From assembly GCF_964355755.1 (NCBI RefSeq), contig NC_092680.1, forward strand, positions 8,494,001 through 8,558,000: a DNA stretch of 64,000 bases, written 5' to 3'. Under the pieces are notes generated by a model. The model was given only the letters and a program-made list of their open reading frames with translations, did no database searches and was not told the origin of the DNA. Positions 1-12,520 of this stretch are shown here, in pieces (the stretch's first letter is position 1; every line of letters starts with the position of its first letter). The DNA comes from Antedon mediterranea (Eukaryota > Animalia > Echinodermata). Both the position numbers and the translations under genes were made by a program.

Positions 1-3000
1 AACTATTGCACAGATGGGTTTCTGTGGTGAGTGTCACATGTGTTTTCTATCGATCATTTTAGGCTATAACAATTATGTTTAAAATGTGTTTTCATTATAT
101 AATTGTTTTAAATGTATGTTATATTGATTGCGTATATCAACAAATTATGTTTAGTAGAATAATCTTTTACCATTTATATTTTTGTAGATCAATTTAATTC
201 TGAAAATAAATCAGATTTGAATTTAACTTCACCAGCAAATGAACAAGAAAAAGTCGATTCAACATCAAATATTTTCACCACCGTACAATCAACTGTTCAA
301 GAGATAACTGCAGAACAACTGCAGACTACAAAAAAAGGAGGTGGAGGTAGTGACTTGTTTGTACCAGGGCCTGCTTCGGATTTAGAACCAGAAGGAACAG
401 TTGTTACTCCATTCAAACCGCCAACGACAGAGACAACAGTAACAGACATTTATTATGGGAAATTTATTGGAGATATTATGCCTGTTAGAAATGAACGCGC
501 ACTACCCAGAGGACGTGGAACAATTTATTCAGTTGATAAGTCAACAATTACGATTGTACATTTTACGATTAATAGCAAGGTAGATGGTAAGAAAACATCA
601 TACTATACTATATCATTAAACTTTTTATCTACCAGTTCTCGTTATTCTATCTATTTTTAAATGTTTTATTTTGTCGTTGATGTTATTTTGTTTTCAATGC
701 TGATGTTATAGTTGATGTTGCTTGTAGTGTTGTGATGTGGATATTGTACGTTGCTGTGGTCGTTTCTGTTATGTTTATCATTGCTTAATCTTTTTGTATT
801 TGAACGGATATGAAAATTATATCCAATTATTGTTATCACTAGATAACCTGCTACTGTGTATGTTTCATACACTGTACTGATGGTGTAAGCTTATCATTTG
901 TTACAGATATTTATTTAAAGGCTGGGTTGAACAGTGAACCCCATAACGGAGATACAATACCAGACGAGAAAGGAAGGTAACACTACGATTTGTTTGTATT
1001 AAGCATTGTTTAGAGTGTGGCATACCAAATACAACATCAATACAACAACATTTGTTTTTGAGAATGCTTTACTGGACAAACATTATTGACTATAACACAT
1101 TGGCGTTTTAAGAAAAGCTATGGTCGTTGCACGAGACAAAAATAAAGATTTGGTTTGATGCTTATCACACATCACACGTGTGACTCCGAGATAATTATAA
1201 CAATGACGAAGACTGATAATTACGAAGTTCTTCCAAACAAATGATAACAATGAACACCATCACAACGATAGAAATATGAAAATAATGACGAAAACGTTGT
1301 TATGATTACGATCTTATAATTGATGATTTCGTTTCTTATGAGTTATAATATTCGTGTGTTTTTTTCTTTAAAAAAAGAAAACGAAAACTTAAAGCATATA
1401 AAAACAAGGATATCATTCTAAGCTTACCAGAAGGAAAAGCGTTAGCGGAGTATGACTGGATTGGAGTCTGGTGCCGTCGTTATAAGGTGAGCAATCTTTT
1501 AAGTTTACTATATAATTATATTATTTATGTTCATTATCAGTTGTATATTTACAGTATTATGCTACTCTGTATTTTGCTTTATTATTTGTGGAAATAAATA
1601 TTATTATTATTATTATTAATACATACTGAGTGAAATAGGCCTATACCAAGGAATAGTCAAAGGATATACCACGTTTGTATTTGTTTTTTTACAGCAAGTG
1701 TATGAATGCAATAAATATTACTATGCAAAACTAAACAATAATATAGCCACCAGCACGTTAGTGCATATATTCTGTACACGCTACATTTGTACATTAAACG
1801 AGCTCATAATGACACTTTTTTTAGACTTTTGCAAGAGTGAATATATCTGCTGATTTTGTAGCACCTGATCAGTATAACTTAGGTGTAATGGGTTACAAAC
1901 CTCGAATACACAACGTTCGGGCACCGGCTACAAACATAATGGACACAAAAACAATACGATTCCACAGTATCACGTACGATGGTGCTGCTCCTGGTAAGTT
2001 TAATTATAAATACATGAGATAGGAATGAGAGAAACGTGATCTACGCTCATGGCAATAACAGTGTCTGAATCAATGTAATATCCATATACTGGGGTACCAG
2101 TTGATGAAATTGTTGTTAATGACCTTGTTGGTGATGTCAGTATAATAACTCATACTCATAACGTCGATTGATTTGATAACGAAAATGTTAATAATGACCA
2201 TTCTGACGATGGCAAACAACGGTAACAACAGCTTGCCGTCATTCTACCACTAAATTCAACATACTTAAGATAATATTCATCTTTGATTGTTTGTGTAGAT
2301 GTTTATTTCTGGATTGGATCGGGTAGACCTGACTCAACAGGACGTAGTGTACCTTACATAAATGGAAGGTAACTAAAAATTAGAAATTACAACACTATGT
2401 TTTATTTTCTAAAACAAGATCATTTATAGATTTGACAGCCTAGACTGGAAAATATCGATTGCACAAAAGTATAGTAACTTTACGAACATTTTCTGGCCTG
2501 CCGAATCATGAATAGCATTAATTAGTATTATCAATGATTGGTATTAATTGATTTTCACAGCATTGATGGACTGCTTCCAAAGTTTCGTCGTGACACTATC
2601 ACCGTTCAGCTACCCGATAACGTGATGGTCTTCGATATTGACTATATCGGTATATGGAGTAAGACTTTTCAGCAAGATTTTGGACATGTTCTTATACCAG
2701 ACCGCAGAGAATTGAATATTCCGCCATTTGTGGAAAGTTCACATAAGGTTACACCAACTGGTGTTGAGGAGGTACGGTAGTTATCAATCATTTAATGCAA
2801 ATGTCAAGATCAGTGGAATGTTAAGTTAGGCTCTGCAGTTTAGACCTCCGACGCGTCACCGTTATTCTATGTTACAAGTTGTTTTGGTGTTTCATATAGT
2901 ACCGTATAAAACCAAGCAGCGAGATTAAAGTTTATCTTTTCTGAATTATTTCAGTATAATTAGGGTTAGGATTAGGTTAGTTGTTAGTTGTCACAAAATA

Positions 3001-6000
3001 AAACAATTGTTTAAACCCTTTAATATAATTTAATGATGCATCTATTAGCTATATACTTTTGAGCAACACATGACTACATAATATAGCAATGAATGTACAA
3101 AGTTGTATGGATTTATTGACATTGAAGGTACGGCCGACTGCTTCACAAGTACGGAACAGTGAAAGTTTATCAACGAACTACCAAGTGAGTTGGGTAATTG
3201 ATGGTGATGAAATAGATGTTGAACTATCTGGTATACTCCATGACAGGCAGTACATGGCCTTTGGCATCAGTGGTAGTAGGGTACGATCAGTGATGTTCGG
3301 ATCTGATGTAGCTGTTGCCTGGATAAACGGCGATATAGCGCAAGTAGATGATTACTATTTAGGAGGGTACTCCCAGGTAAGCACGTACTAATACAAAAGA
3401 TAAAGTAACAAGAAATTTAAATTGTGTACCCTAAAAGTTTTAAAAGCTATTTAAAAGACAAACAATTATACTTGTCACAATTCAAAGCTATGGTGCTTCC
3501 AAAAATGTCAAATCTATATCTATGCTAAGTGTTTAGGTGGAAGCGGTGCCTGTAAAGATGAATCATTCGTACTACCTGGAGTCAATAATTACAAGAATAT
3601 TAGTGGTTCCAGTGTTGATGGCGTCACTACTATATCATTTCGTCGAAAACTCGACACAGGTACATACATTCAGTTCTTATACTATGGCGTTATCTAAATT
3701 CCTTCACTTGCACTGATGAAGGGCTAGTGTTGCCCGCCGAAAGCTCTGCTAACTTTTCTGGCTGTTTTACTTCATCGTTTTGATTTAGCTTTTCGCTTTT
3801 TTTTGTATCTCCATTGAGATCCAGCCACTGATACCCACAGCATTGTCATTTTTTCAGTTATTTGCTTTTGGATTTATATATATATATAGTGTTATTATTA
3901 CAGGAGAGATAATAGTTTTCTGAAATGTACTTAACTTTAACTTACTGTAGGCTATTATTCAAAGAGTTACAACCATTTGTACAATATAGTATGCCCCATC
4001 TTCAAGGTAGATAACACCTCCTCTCCTGCTAAAAATCAATAAGGTACCGTTTATTTGTTACATTGATTATTGACTTTTCAACAACCGTTCTTGCAGAGGA
4101 TGCATTGGACATGACTATATCATTAACGGACGCCATGTACATAGTGTGGGCAATCGGATCAATAGACGACCAGGGATTGGTGACGAAGCACACTCATTTT
4201 GGCGGTAAGATTGTCTTCTTATGCCGTTTTGAACGCCAACTTGGATTTCTCGAAAAGCACAAGGAGGATTTTTTAGGACTTTTAGTGTGATGTTCCATTC
4301 ATAGTTCTGGACTTTTCCTGGAAAAAATAGCTTGTTACAAAAAATGGACAGTAATAGTTAAATACGATAATTATTGTTCGTGATTTCACATAAGTTGGAA
4401 GTTTTTTCAAATGTGTTTATAGTTGTTATGTGTTTATAGTTGCTTTTTCCGTTTTTTTTTTTGTCTTGTTTATTTGTTTATTCGATTTTATGGGTATAAA
4501 ACAATGCTCCCTCTTAGTATCAATACGTCGTCTGAAATGGCGAAATTATATGAAACGCAGAGGCACTAGTGTACAGTATACTTAAAACTCGTTTATATAT
4601 TGTTTTATAACGCCATTAAAATACACATTTGTCATTGGTTCAGTATATTAAGCAGAGTTTGTGAGACAATTAATTCAATTCCATTTTGAAGGTGACGTGT
4701 TTAGTTTCGGTAGAGATCCAGTGAACAATGCTCAACCAATGTTGTTGTCAAATCAGGCAGGGAACTCAGGAACGTGGCCAGAGATAGTTTTAGAAGGTAG
4801 AGATGTAACAACATTCGATGCTAAAATAGGGCCAACCGCTAGAGGATACACGAGATATGCAGCTACCACAGGTACTTTGACAGTATTTTTCATGTTGTTA
4901 GTATAAATTGGTATTTTTGTCTGTATTTTTACTAATATTAAGCCGAATCACCATCTGTGTTATCGTGCATAGTCAATCATCTTCAGTCTATAGAAGCAAC
5001 GCAAACATGTAGGCCTAATTGAAATTGAAAAATTAAAAAGTGTACCAATTACCACAATGTAGCTTTGATTTAATTTCAATTAAGACAATGCGGATTACAT
5101 AATTATGTATATTGACAATGTATATCATCATTGTGAATTTCAAATCCATTTGATGATGCAATCGCATTCGTACTGTACATATAACTTCAAACTACCAAAT
5201 TATTGATTAATTATCATTCAAATTATAGGTAATACTGAGTGGGGCTTCACCTGGTACTTGAATGAGAAGCTAGCTCCAAAACTGATACTCAAGCGAGGCG
5301 TCGAGTACACATTCCGAGTGTTCGGCGGTGATGATGAATCTCTTATTGCCCAGTACCATCCATTTTATATCACTGATGACATAACGGGAGGAACCCCTTC
5401 TACTAATATATTTAAGGCAAGTCTTGAAATTAAAGCTTACACATTTTTAGACATAACATAGGCTAAATAACTTGAAGTGATTGTTACAAGTACAATTTAA
5501 CATGTTTTAATGTAAAATTGAAAAATCAGGAAAATAAAACCAAATTATATCATATAGCCTATGCTATTTACCGTATACAGTAACAATTTTTTAGAGCTTG
5601 ATTTCTGAACCTAAATTACCGAATGGAAAAATAATCATCTAATACCTACTTAAACAAATACTTTAGATCACTGCGGTACATATTTTATACATAACAAACA
5701 TTTTTATTTCCATTTTTTAGTATCAAACAATATATGCTGGTCCAACTGGTGAGTATATAATATATTCTTAAATCTATTTTTTTCAATATAGCTTGCACCC
5801 TTGTTTTGATATACAAGAATTGGACAGCATATAACAAGCTTTCGTTTCAGGACGGAAACAAAGGACGAATTTCAAATCGATCAAATCAAGTCGCGATATG
5901 GACGGAACGGTGGATACTTATACGCATGTGCAGATTAATATTATAAAAATTCCGTCTACCGAAAAGAAAGTTCGTTAATGTGACGATAGGAAAAATAGTA

Positions 6001-7002
6001 ATCCGTTCAATCATTGGAAACAAGGTCTACGACTTGAAATATTTAATGTCCTCAAAGTTTTATTTAACTAAGTCTAAATTACATTATACATTGTTGCATA
6101 CAAATCGGTCGTTTATATTCAATTTAACAAAGTTACCGTCGACAAAATGTACAAAATATATAATTAGGCCCAACTAAACTAAACATTTAAAAAACCATTT
6201 TACATAATTAAATACTGTTTTTTATATAGTGGGTGGTTACTGTGAGTATAATATTAACAAAAAACAAGTAAGACGGAAGCAATCGGCAACATTCGATGAT
6301 TATTTTAAAACACTTAAAGAAAAATGCAACAGACGAGTGCTACCTGGAATTCTGAAATGGACTCCGAACGCAAACACACCGGATACAGTGTATTATCAGG
6401 TTAGTACGATTTTATATAAGTAATGTAGTTTGTGAAAAATTCAAAGTTCGAGTACCATTTTATTTACTTGGTATTTTCACTGCCAAACTCAAAGTAAGTT
6501 TTAGGTTGGTTGTTAAAGCTGGAGAAGCACTCGATCTCTGCTATGACTATCAAAGTCGTCGAGTTGACTTGACACTGTACTTATAAAAACAGTTTGAAAT
6601 AGATCGCTAAAGCTTGTTTCTATACAGTTTGGTAAACTATGTGAAATATTTCTCTATAATAACAGAATGAAATCTCCCTATGAGGAGAGTTTAACTTTTT
6701 GGTTCCTCCCACTAGAACGTAATGCAATTTGACCAATAATGACGCGATATATTAAGATTCATTGCGTCGTGATTTGAACCATGCTTCTTTGAAAGGACTA
6801 TTGCAAACGCAACGAACAGCAAATACATGGGACGACGTTCATACATGCAGAAAATGTTTTATATTCTCCAAAATGGTTATTACACGATGCCAGGTATTAG
6901 TAAAAGGACATCATACAACTTTATATTATTTATATTTTTTTTTAGTGCTACACGCATCAGTATTTTGGTTGGAAGATTCAAGTTGTGGATAGTTTTCTAT
7001 GA
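1..7002 (+). CDS. Skeletor/Knickkopf-family protein (2x DM13 + DOMON + conserved C-terminal domain); multi-exon, 5' end outside window
   Basis: Exons assembled from splice sites and reading phase: <1-26, 188-586, 907-976, 1378-1486, 1825-1993, 2299-2368, 2561-~2771, ~3087-3376, 3530-3659, 4097-4204, 4692-4871, 5229-5416, 5721-5748, 6230-6399, 6946-7002 (TGA). DM13-like motifs: YYGKFIG, IPDEKG, YDWIGVWCRRY, YDGAAPDVYFWIG, IDYIGIWSKTFQQDFGHV. DOMON-like motifs: YMAFGISG..MFGSDVAVAW, DDYYL, TISFRRKLDT, IVWAIG. C-terminal motifs: LILKRGVEYTFRVFGGDD..YHPFYITDD, WTPNANTPDTVYYQ/CYTHQYFGWKIQVVD. The phase of the 2771/3087 junction is unresolved. Confidence 0.9.
3708..3888 (+). mobile_element. Penelope-like element remnant with a minimal hammerhead ribozyme motif, ending in (TA)n; intronic
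   Basis: TTGCA-CTGATGA-A-GGGC-tagtgtt-GCCC-(gcc)-GAAA-GCT-C-TGC at 3708-3749, followed by a T-rich tract and TATATA at ~3875-3888. Confidence 0.55.
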
Positions 7003-7851
7003 TATCTGAACATTTACACCTCACGAATTTCAAAGTAGGAATCTTATACAACAGAGGTTTGACTGGAATTAATAACATTAAGTTACTGAACAGTTGTAAA
7101 AACTAAAGTATTATTTAGTTCTTTAGTACTGAAAGTTTGTATGTGAAATACAGTTTAAACTAATTACTATGTTTGTACATTAACTAGTTAATGAACCCGG
7201 ATAACCTACTTCTGTTTTATTTATTTCCATACAAAAGGTTGAAAAACCAGACCCAATATACTTAAGCTTAAACAAATCATTGACAGCTCCCCGGGCCTGA
7301 TCGCATGGACTTCTGTTAGTACGCCTATTGTAAGTTAGGTTCTAGATTATGTGGATGATGGACCCAATGTATATGTACTCAAAACAATGTGTAAACAATA
7401 TAATCTATTACATTTAAAATTCGGATTTTTCTTAAATAGTACTGCGCGACAATGGCATTTTAAATATAGAGCAGTCATTAGGCCTATACATTCTATAACA
7501 AAATATTACAATAGTATAAGCATTTAAAATATAAAATTCAACGTTTACATTGTTCATTAATTTCATAAACATATAATTGTTATTCTTCATTGGCAAAATC
7601 ATCTTAGTTGTAGATTTACACGTGGAATTCCTTGCACGTCATAGGCACTTCTAGTGGCAGAATGTATGCATTTTATTATCTGGAAGAATTACAGTACAGT
7701 CCAATATGTTTCCTTGATATTACTATTGTGATATAGTACGTACATCAGTAAATGAATGCACTTGGTGCATGGAAGTATAAAATACCTTGGTGTTATAGTA
7801 CGTCATCTCATTCACATGCCTAATACACCACATGTCGTAAAAATACAAATT

Positions 7852-8136
7852 CTACGACAATATCATCCTTTTGATTGTAAGGCACACACGAATAAACACA
7901 GTAACGAAACAGTAATAAACGGCACAAATAATCAAGGCTGCAACACATATACCAAAAGCAGATAAAATGACTGCAGGTAAAGATCCAGTCAAAATGAAAA
8001 CAGACAAAATGACTACAGAGGCGGTAACCAACCAACGTTTGCTTAACAAGAAATGTACGTATGAATTCCAAATTTTCGTTGTAACACCAAGTTGTTCATA
8101 ATCACTATCTACACTTGATGTTGTTTTACGATTCAT
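7852..8136 (-). CDS. Small 94-aa membrane hairpin protein, weakly promethin/LDAF1-like
   Basis: Single-exon ORF with an AAA-ATG start context and a long hydrophobic stretch with a central Pro (VVILSVFILTGSLPAVILSAFGICVAALIICAVYY). A CCAAT box on the same strand lies ~120 bp upstream (~8253-8260). Confidence 0.55.
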   Translation of the reverse strand: MNRKTTSSVDSDYEQLGVTTKIWNSYVHFLLSKRWLVTASVVILSVFILTGSLPAVILSAFGICVAALIICAVYYCFVTVFIRVCLTIKRMILS

Positions 8137-8986
8137 TTTGTTTTATTTGTACTGTTCTTTGTGTAGAAAAATGTACTGAAACCAAAACGAATCAACACAA
8201 TGAAGAATAACGACGCATTAGGTGGATATTTTAAACAATATCCCAATCTGCTGATTGGTCGACGATCAAATATCCTAATTATTAAGTATTGTTAATGCAA
8301 AAATGTTTTTGATGACCTTTCGTTGGTAAAACATATCAAATAGTGAACTTTACCCGTTTAAGAATAATACAAACATTGAATAGGAGCAGCGCCAACACAA
8401 AACAGATAAACAAACCAAGCAACAATACTATGAGAACCTGTCCACAAAGTGGTTAGTCAGATCACCTAACAAGAAAAAGACAGTGAATATTAATCAACGT
8501 ACGAAATCAATATAAAATGCATGCTTACGAGATTACAATTCCCAATTACATTTAACCATTTTCTTTCCGGTTTCAGAGGCAGGGAACAGAAGAAAAATAA
8601 ACAAATGTAACTACCGTCATTATAATCAAATGTGAAAACAAAAAAACATTATACTGAAACATAAGGTTCTGTACAGTACATACTTTAATCATTGCATTCC
8701 CTAAATACATCATAGACATTAAATACGCTCAGTTTTAAATACATTCCTGCTTAACAAAAATGAATAATGTGTTTATAGTTACAACAAATAATATGTCAGT
8801 CATTGTGACTGAATCTACATTCATACACTTTAACTCAGAATTTCACCACAGTATCCAACTTTATCCTTCATACCTGAATAATTTACTATTAGGCCTATAC
8901 TGTGTATACCCTTAAATTTAAGATAATCCTCCAAAATGTCAGTTACAAACATCCTTTTAAATATTCTCTTTCACCTTATTTACCTT

Positions 8987-9640
8987 TCACCTTATTATAT
9001 CTAAACACAAAGTGTAAGTAATTAACACAAAACACATTAATTTTCTTGAAAAACCACCCACGACCTTAAAACCAAAACTTTCATAAAGTTTCTGAGCAGG
9101 TACTTGTACTTCGGTGGTGATAAGGTCAATTGCGTTGTATTTTTTAGCCTTACTAAAATCTATAGCAACACGCAGCAGTTGTTTTGCAACACCTAATCGT
9201 CTGTACTTCTTGTCCACGGCCATCCTACGTAGGTATGCAACATTATCGGAATTTTCTTTTACTGTAATACCGACAGTTCCTATAACTTGCCGATATTCGG
9301 TCACTGCAACCCAGAAATTTGTTCTATCTGAAGATTGATAATTCAGTTGGGCCTCGTTAATGTCCGCGAAAAGTGGCCCCTTTATCAGCCTATGCGCCGC
9401 AAAATACAATCCAGCGAATAAAGCAACATAAAATGCGACGATTAACAAAATAGTATGCAAAATGCATTGGGTGATATAATACGCTATGAATGTATATATT
9501 GTCACGATTGCAATGACTTTCCAACGCCGTATAAGCACTTTATATCCTGGAAGAATATTGTCATAAGCTCCATTTTCTAAAACTGTTTTTGCTTCCTTGT
9601 TTAATTCATGACAGCATGGGATAATAGATATTGGTGACAT
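8987..9640 (-). CDS. Camello/NAT8-like GNAT N-acetyltransferase (217 aa, N-terminal hydrophobic segment)
   Basis: FWVA, VIGTVG, LRRMAVDKKYRRLGVAKQL (acetyl-CoA-binding motif A), L.TTEVQVPAQKLYESFGF. A polypyrimidine tract and AG acceptor directly precede the ATG. A likely donor (AAG|GTAAC) at 10119 implies a non-coding first exon. Confidence 0.92.
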   Translation of the reverse strand: MSPISIIPCCHELNKEAKTVLENGAYDNILPGYKVLIRRWKVIAIVTIYTFIAYYITQCILHTILLIVAFYVALFAGLYFAAHRLIKGPLFADINEAQLNYQSSDRTNFWVAVTEYRQVIGTVGITVKENSDNVAYLRRMAVDKKYRRLGVAKQLLRVAIDFSKAKKYNAIDLITTEVQVPAQKLYESFGFKVVGGFSRKLMCFVLITYTLCLDIIR

Positions 9641-10149
9641 CTAGATGTTGACAGAATTGAAAGGAGAAGAAAATCAAGAGAGATGTTACCTAATTGTTAA
9701 TATGTAAAATGAAAAAATATAAATATAATAGGCTAATTACTGTAGGCCACCTATATAGGCTGTTGGGATGTCAGAGTGGCGAGTTGTAGGCTAGCTAGCG
9801 ACTTTATTTTTATACAGTAGTTGGTCGTGATATGTAGCCCTGGTAGGATGTCGGGGATTTTGGATTGGTGCGTTGTAGGCCTACACCGCACTGCACATCG
9901 CTAGCGACTTAGTCATGACTTAGTGGGATGACCGACTTATAGTTAGTCTAGGCCTAGACTGTCTAGGCCTAGGTAAACTCCACCTTGGGCGGATGATGAT
10001 ACCTCACCTAACATTAAGTTCATAATTAAACTAGTAAACAACCCAATTAATGATTAATACAAATTAACTAGAAGTTTTGACTAAAATATTAGATGTAGCT
10101 TAATTAACTTCCTCGTTACCTTGTTTTCGTTGTACGTCTCCTATAGTCT

Positions 10150-10196
10150 ATAGACCAGCCTTGAACATTGGGGGCGGTGTTTAATCTTTGATAAGG
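10150..10196. promoter_or_regulatory. GC-box promoter element upstream of the NAT8-like first exon; near-identical to the TBCA promoter at 15330-15376
   Basis: TAGACCAGCCTTGAAC(A/G)TTGGGGGCGGTGTTTAATCTTTGATA occurs at both sites and contains the Sp-type GGGGCGG. Confidence 0.6.
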
Positions 10197-10372
10197 ACTA
10201 TAAACCGTAGGTCCAGTGTACACAACTAGCTCGTGTGCACTTTAAAGAACCTAGTACATCTTTCGAGACGAGTAGGGGGTTACCCCGGTGTATTAGTACT
10301 GTATCACAGCCACTGATCACCAACTGGGTCCTCTGGGAGACCAGTCTTTGACTGAAGAAGTTACCCAGTATA
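10190..10372 (+). mobile_element. 5'-truncated Deu/Nin-domain-like SINE
   Basis: Reverse-complement match to 18541-18740. The core GATAAGGACTATAAACCGTAGGTCC...TTAAAGAACCTAGTACATCTTTCGAGACGAGTAGGGG resembles the Deu/Nin SINE central domain. Confidence 0.7.
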
Positions 10373-10469
10373 AATATATATTTCAATCATATTTCAATCA
10401 ATCATTACGTAATCATGGAGGCATGCATGAATAAAATGTATGGGATGGGGAGATATTATTGTAGTGTGT

Positions 10470-10590
10470 GTGTTTTGATTGTAAGGCACACACGAATGAA
10501 CAGTAAACAAAACAGTAAGAATACACGGCACAAATAAAAATCAGACATCGTTGCACCACAGTAAAGATTTAGTAAAAAATGAAAACCTTA
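10470..10590 (-). pseudogene. Decayed duplicate of the 94-aa membrane protein gene
   Basis: TTTTGATTGTAAGGCACACACGAAT...CGGCACAAATAA...GTAAAGAT..AGT.AAAATGAAAAC is colinear with 7869-8002 but has indels. Confidence 0.7.
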
Positions 10591-10679
10591 AGAAATTTAG
10601 CGTAGGCATTGTCCACAAGTTTTAGGCTAATAACTATTTTTTTGTCCGACTGGTGTCGGTTCGTCTCACTTTTAAAAAG

Positions 10680-10800
10680 ATTCTCTTCGGAGTTCCTGCT
10701 TTGTGAATAAAATACTGAAAGATGAGGGTGTATCCGAATTGTGGGTACAATTGGGGGACTGGTGCGGTTCGTCTAATAACTATTAAAAGAATACGTTTGT
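10680..10800 (+). repeat. Diverged fragment of the tRNA-carrying repeat family seen at 12951-14392 (part upstream of the tRNA)
   Basis: TCTCTTCGGAG.TCC...GTGAATAAAATACTGAAAGATGAGGG.GTATC...GTACAA.TG.GGACT.GTGC matches 14106-14205. Confidence 0.65.
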
Positions 10801-10873
10801 AGAGATAGCATTTCATCTTAATTGTACCTATCTTATTATTTTAATATTTTACTACCGCGTCTTTCTTTCTTAA

Positions 10874-11052
10874 AGTTCAGGTATAGGTACATATAAATTT
10901 TAAATATAATATCTGGTTAGTACATAAATCAAATATTTGTAATAAATATGAATTACTTTTTTCAGTAGTTAGGTAGGTAACCTTAAAGCCCAGAAGGTAA
11001 AAAAGATGGTGAATATACGGTGGATAATTTTTGCTATAGCATGAAAATAAAT
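10874..11052. mobile_element. Internally deleted single-arm relative of the foldback MITE at 11363-12191
   Basis: TTAA|AGTTCAGGTATAGG start; shares the blocks TTTTCAGTAGTTAGGTAG and ATATACGGTGGATAATTTTTGCTATAGCATGAAAATAAA. Confidence 0.7.
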
Positions 11053-11362
11053 TAACCTCTGACCTTATAAAGATACACACTTAAGATTGATATTAAATCG
11101 TAAAGTATATGTTCCTATTTACACTTATGAATAATTTTGTTATAGTAGGCCTATAGGCCTAAACGTTACTATTTATTCGGTAGTCATGACATATGGATGT
11201 GCTGCCTGGTCAACTCGAAAAACACTACTACTACACTTTTAAGTTAATACAGAATTGAAAAAATGGCCGAAAATCAACTTAAAAAAGTAATTTCATCTAA
11301 AAAAGAAAAAAAATTGGATATGGCTATAGCATGAATTGTATATGAAGTAGACGTTAATTTAA

Positions 11363-12191
11363 AGCTCAGGTACAGGCATGAATTTTAAATATAATATTTG
11401 GTTAATTGTACATAAATCAAATATTTGTAACAGAAATCAAGACGAAAAAACATGAATTTCCCTTAATATGGTCAAATACAAAATTTGGCCAAATTCTTCC
11501 ATAAAAACCAGGAAGACTTTTTTTCAGTAGTTAGGTAGTTAACCTAATATAATAACATGTCTGGTGACTCCCTAGACGGTAAAAAAAAGGTGGTGGATAT
11601 ACGGTGGATAATTTTTGCTATAGCATGAAAATAAAAATCTGAAGTTAAATAAAAATATCAGAAATGTAATATTCAAGTTATATTACCTATATTTAGTCAT
11701 CTGATAACAAAAGAATAGAGATTTTACTGTGTAATTTGAGCTCAAATTACACTGTAAAATCTCTATTCTTTTATACACAAATTTTGTAAATAGAGAGGCA
11801 TTTTAAAAAGCTATGAAAAATAAACGGTGTGGCAAATAATGTTATCAGATGACTAAATATAGGTACTATAACTTGAATTTTACATTCTTAGTATTTTTAT
11901 TCAACTTCAGATTTTCATTTTCATGCTATAGCAAAAATTATCCACCGTATATCCACCATCTTTTTTCACCTTCTAGGGTGTCACCAGACATGTTATTGCA
12001 TTAGGTTAAACTACCTAACTACTGAAAAAAAGTCTTCCTGTTTTTTTATGGCAGAATTTTGCTAAATTTTGTATTTGACCATATTAAGGGAAATTCATGT
12101 TTTTTCGTCTTGATTTCTGTTACAAATATTTAATTTATGTACAATTTAATTAACCAGATATTATATTTAAATTCATGCCTGTACCTGATCT
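11363..12191. mobile_element. Foldback MITE with ~350-bp inverted arms and TTAA target duplication (Kolobok-like AG...CT termini)
   Basis: TTAA|AGCTCAGGTACAGGCATGAATTT ... AAATTCATGCCTGTACCTGATCT|TTAA. Arms 11363-~11709 and ~11840-12191 are near-perfect reverse complements; there is an extra internal palindrome at ~11710-11772. Confidence 0.85.
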
Positions 12192-12324
12192 TTAATACAA
12201 TTGATGTTTTATTTGACAGTTACAGCTTATATTGCTGTTGTGTTCAATATATTGTCAATATTGTAGGCCTATTCTACAGACAGTATGTGTATACGGCTAA
12301 AATAATCAGATTAGAAAGAAACAG

Positions 12325-12520
12325 ATTAACAAAATAGTATGCACAATGGGTGATATAATATGCTATTAAAGTAGTAGGGCCTATATATTGACGTTCCAAC
12401 GACATGTGAGTACTATTGGCAGAATATTGCTTGTTAATTCATGACAACATGAGATAATAGATATATCGGTGACATCTAGATGGTTATGAATTGAAATGGA
12501 GAAGAAAATGAAGAGATTTT
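12325..12520 (-). pseudogene. Decayed duplicate of the 5' part of the NAT8-like gene
   Basis: TTAACAAAATAGTATGCA..TGGGTGATATAATA, TTAATTCATGACA.CATG.GATAATAGATAT..GGTGACATCTAGATG and GAATTGAAA.GGAGAAGAAAAT.AAGAGA are colinear with 9442-9682 but have deletions. Confidence 0.75.
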
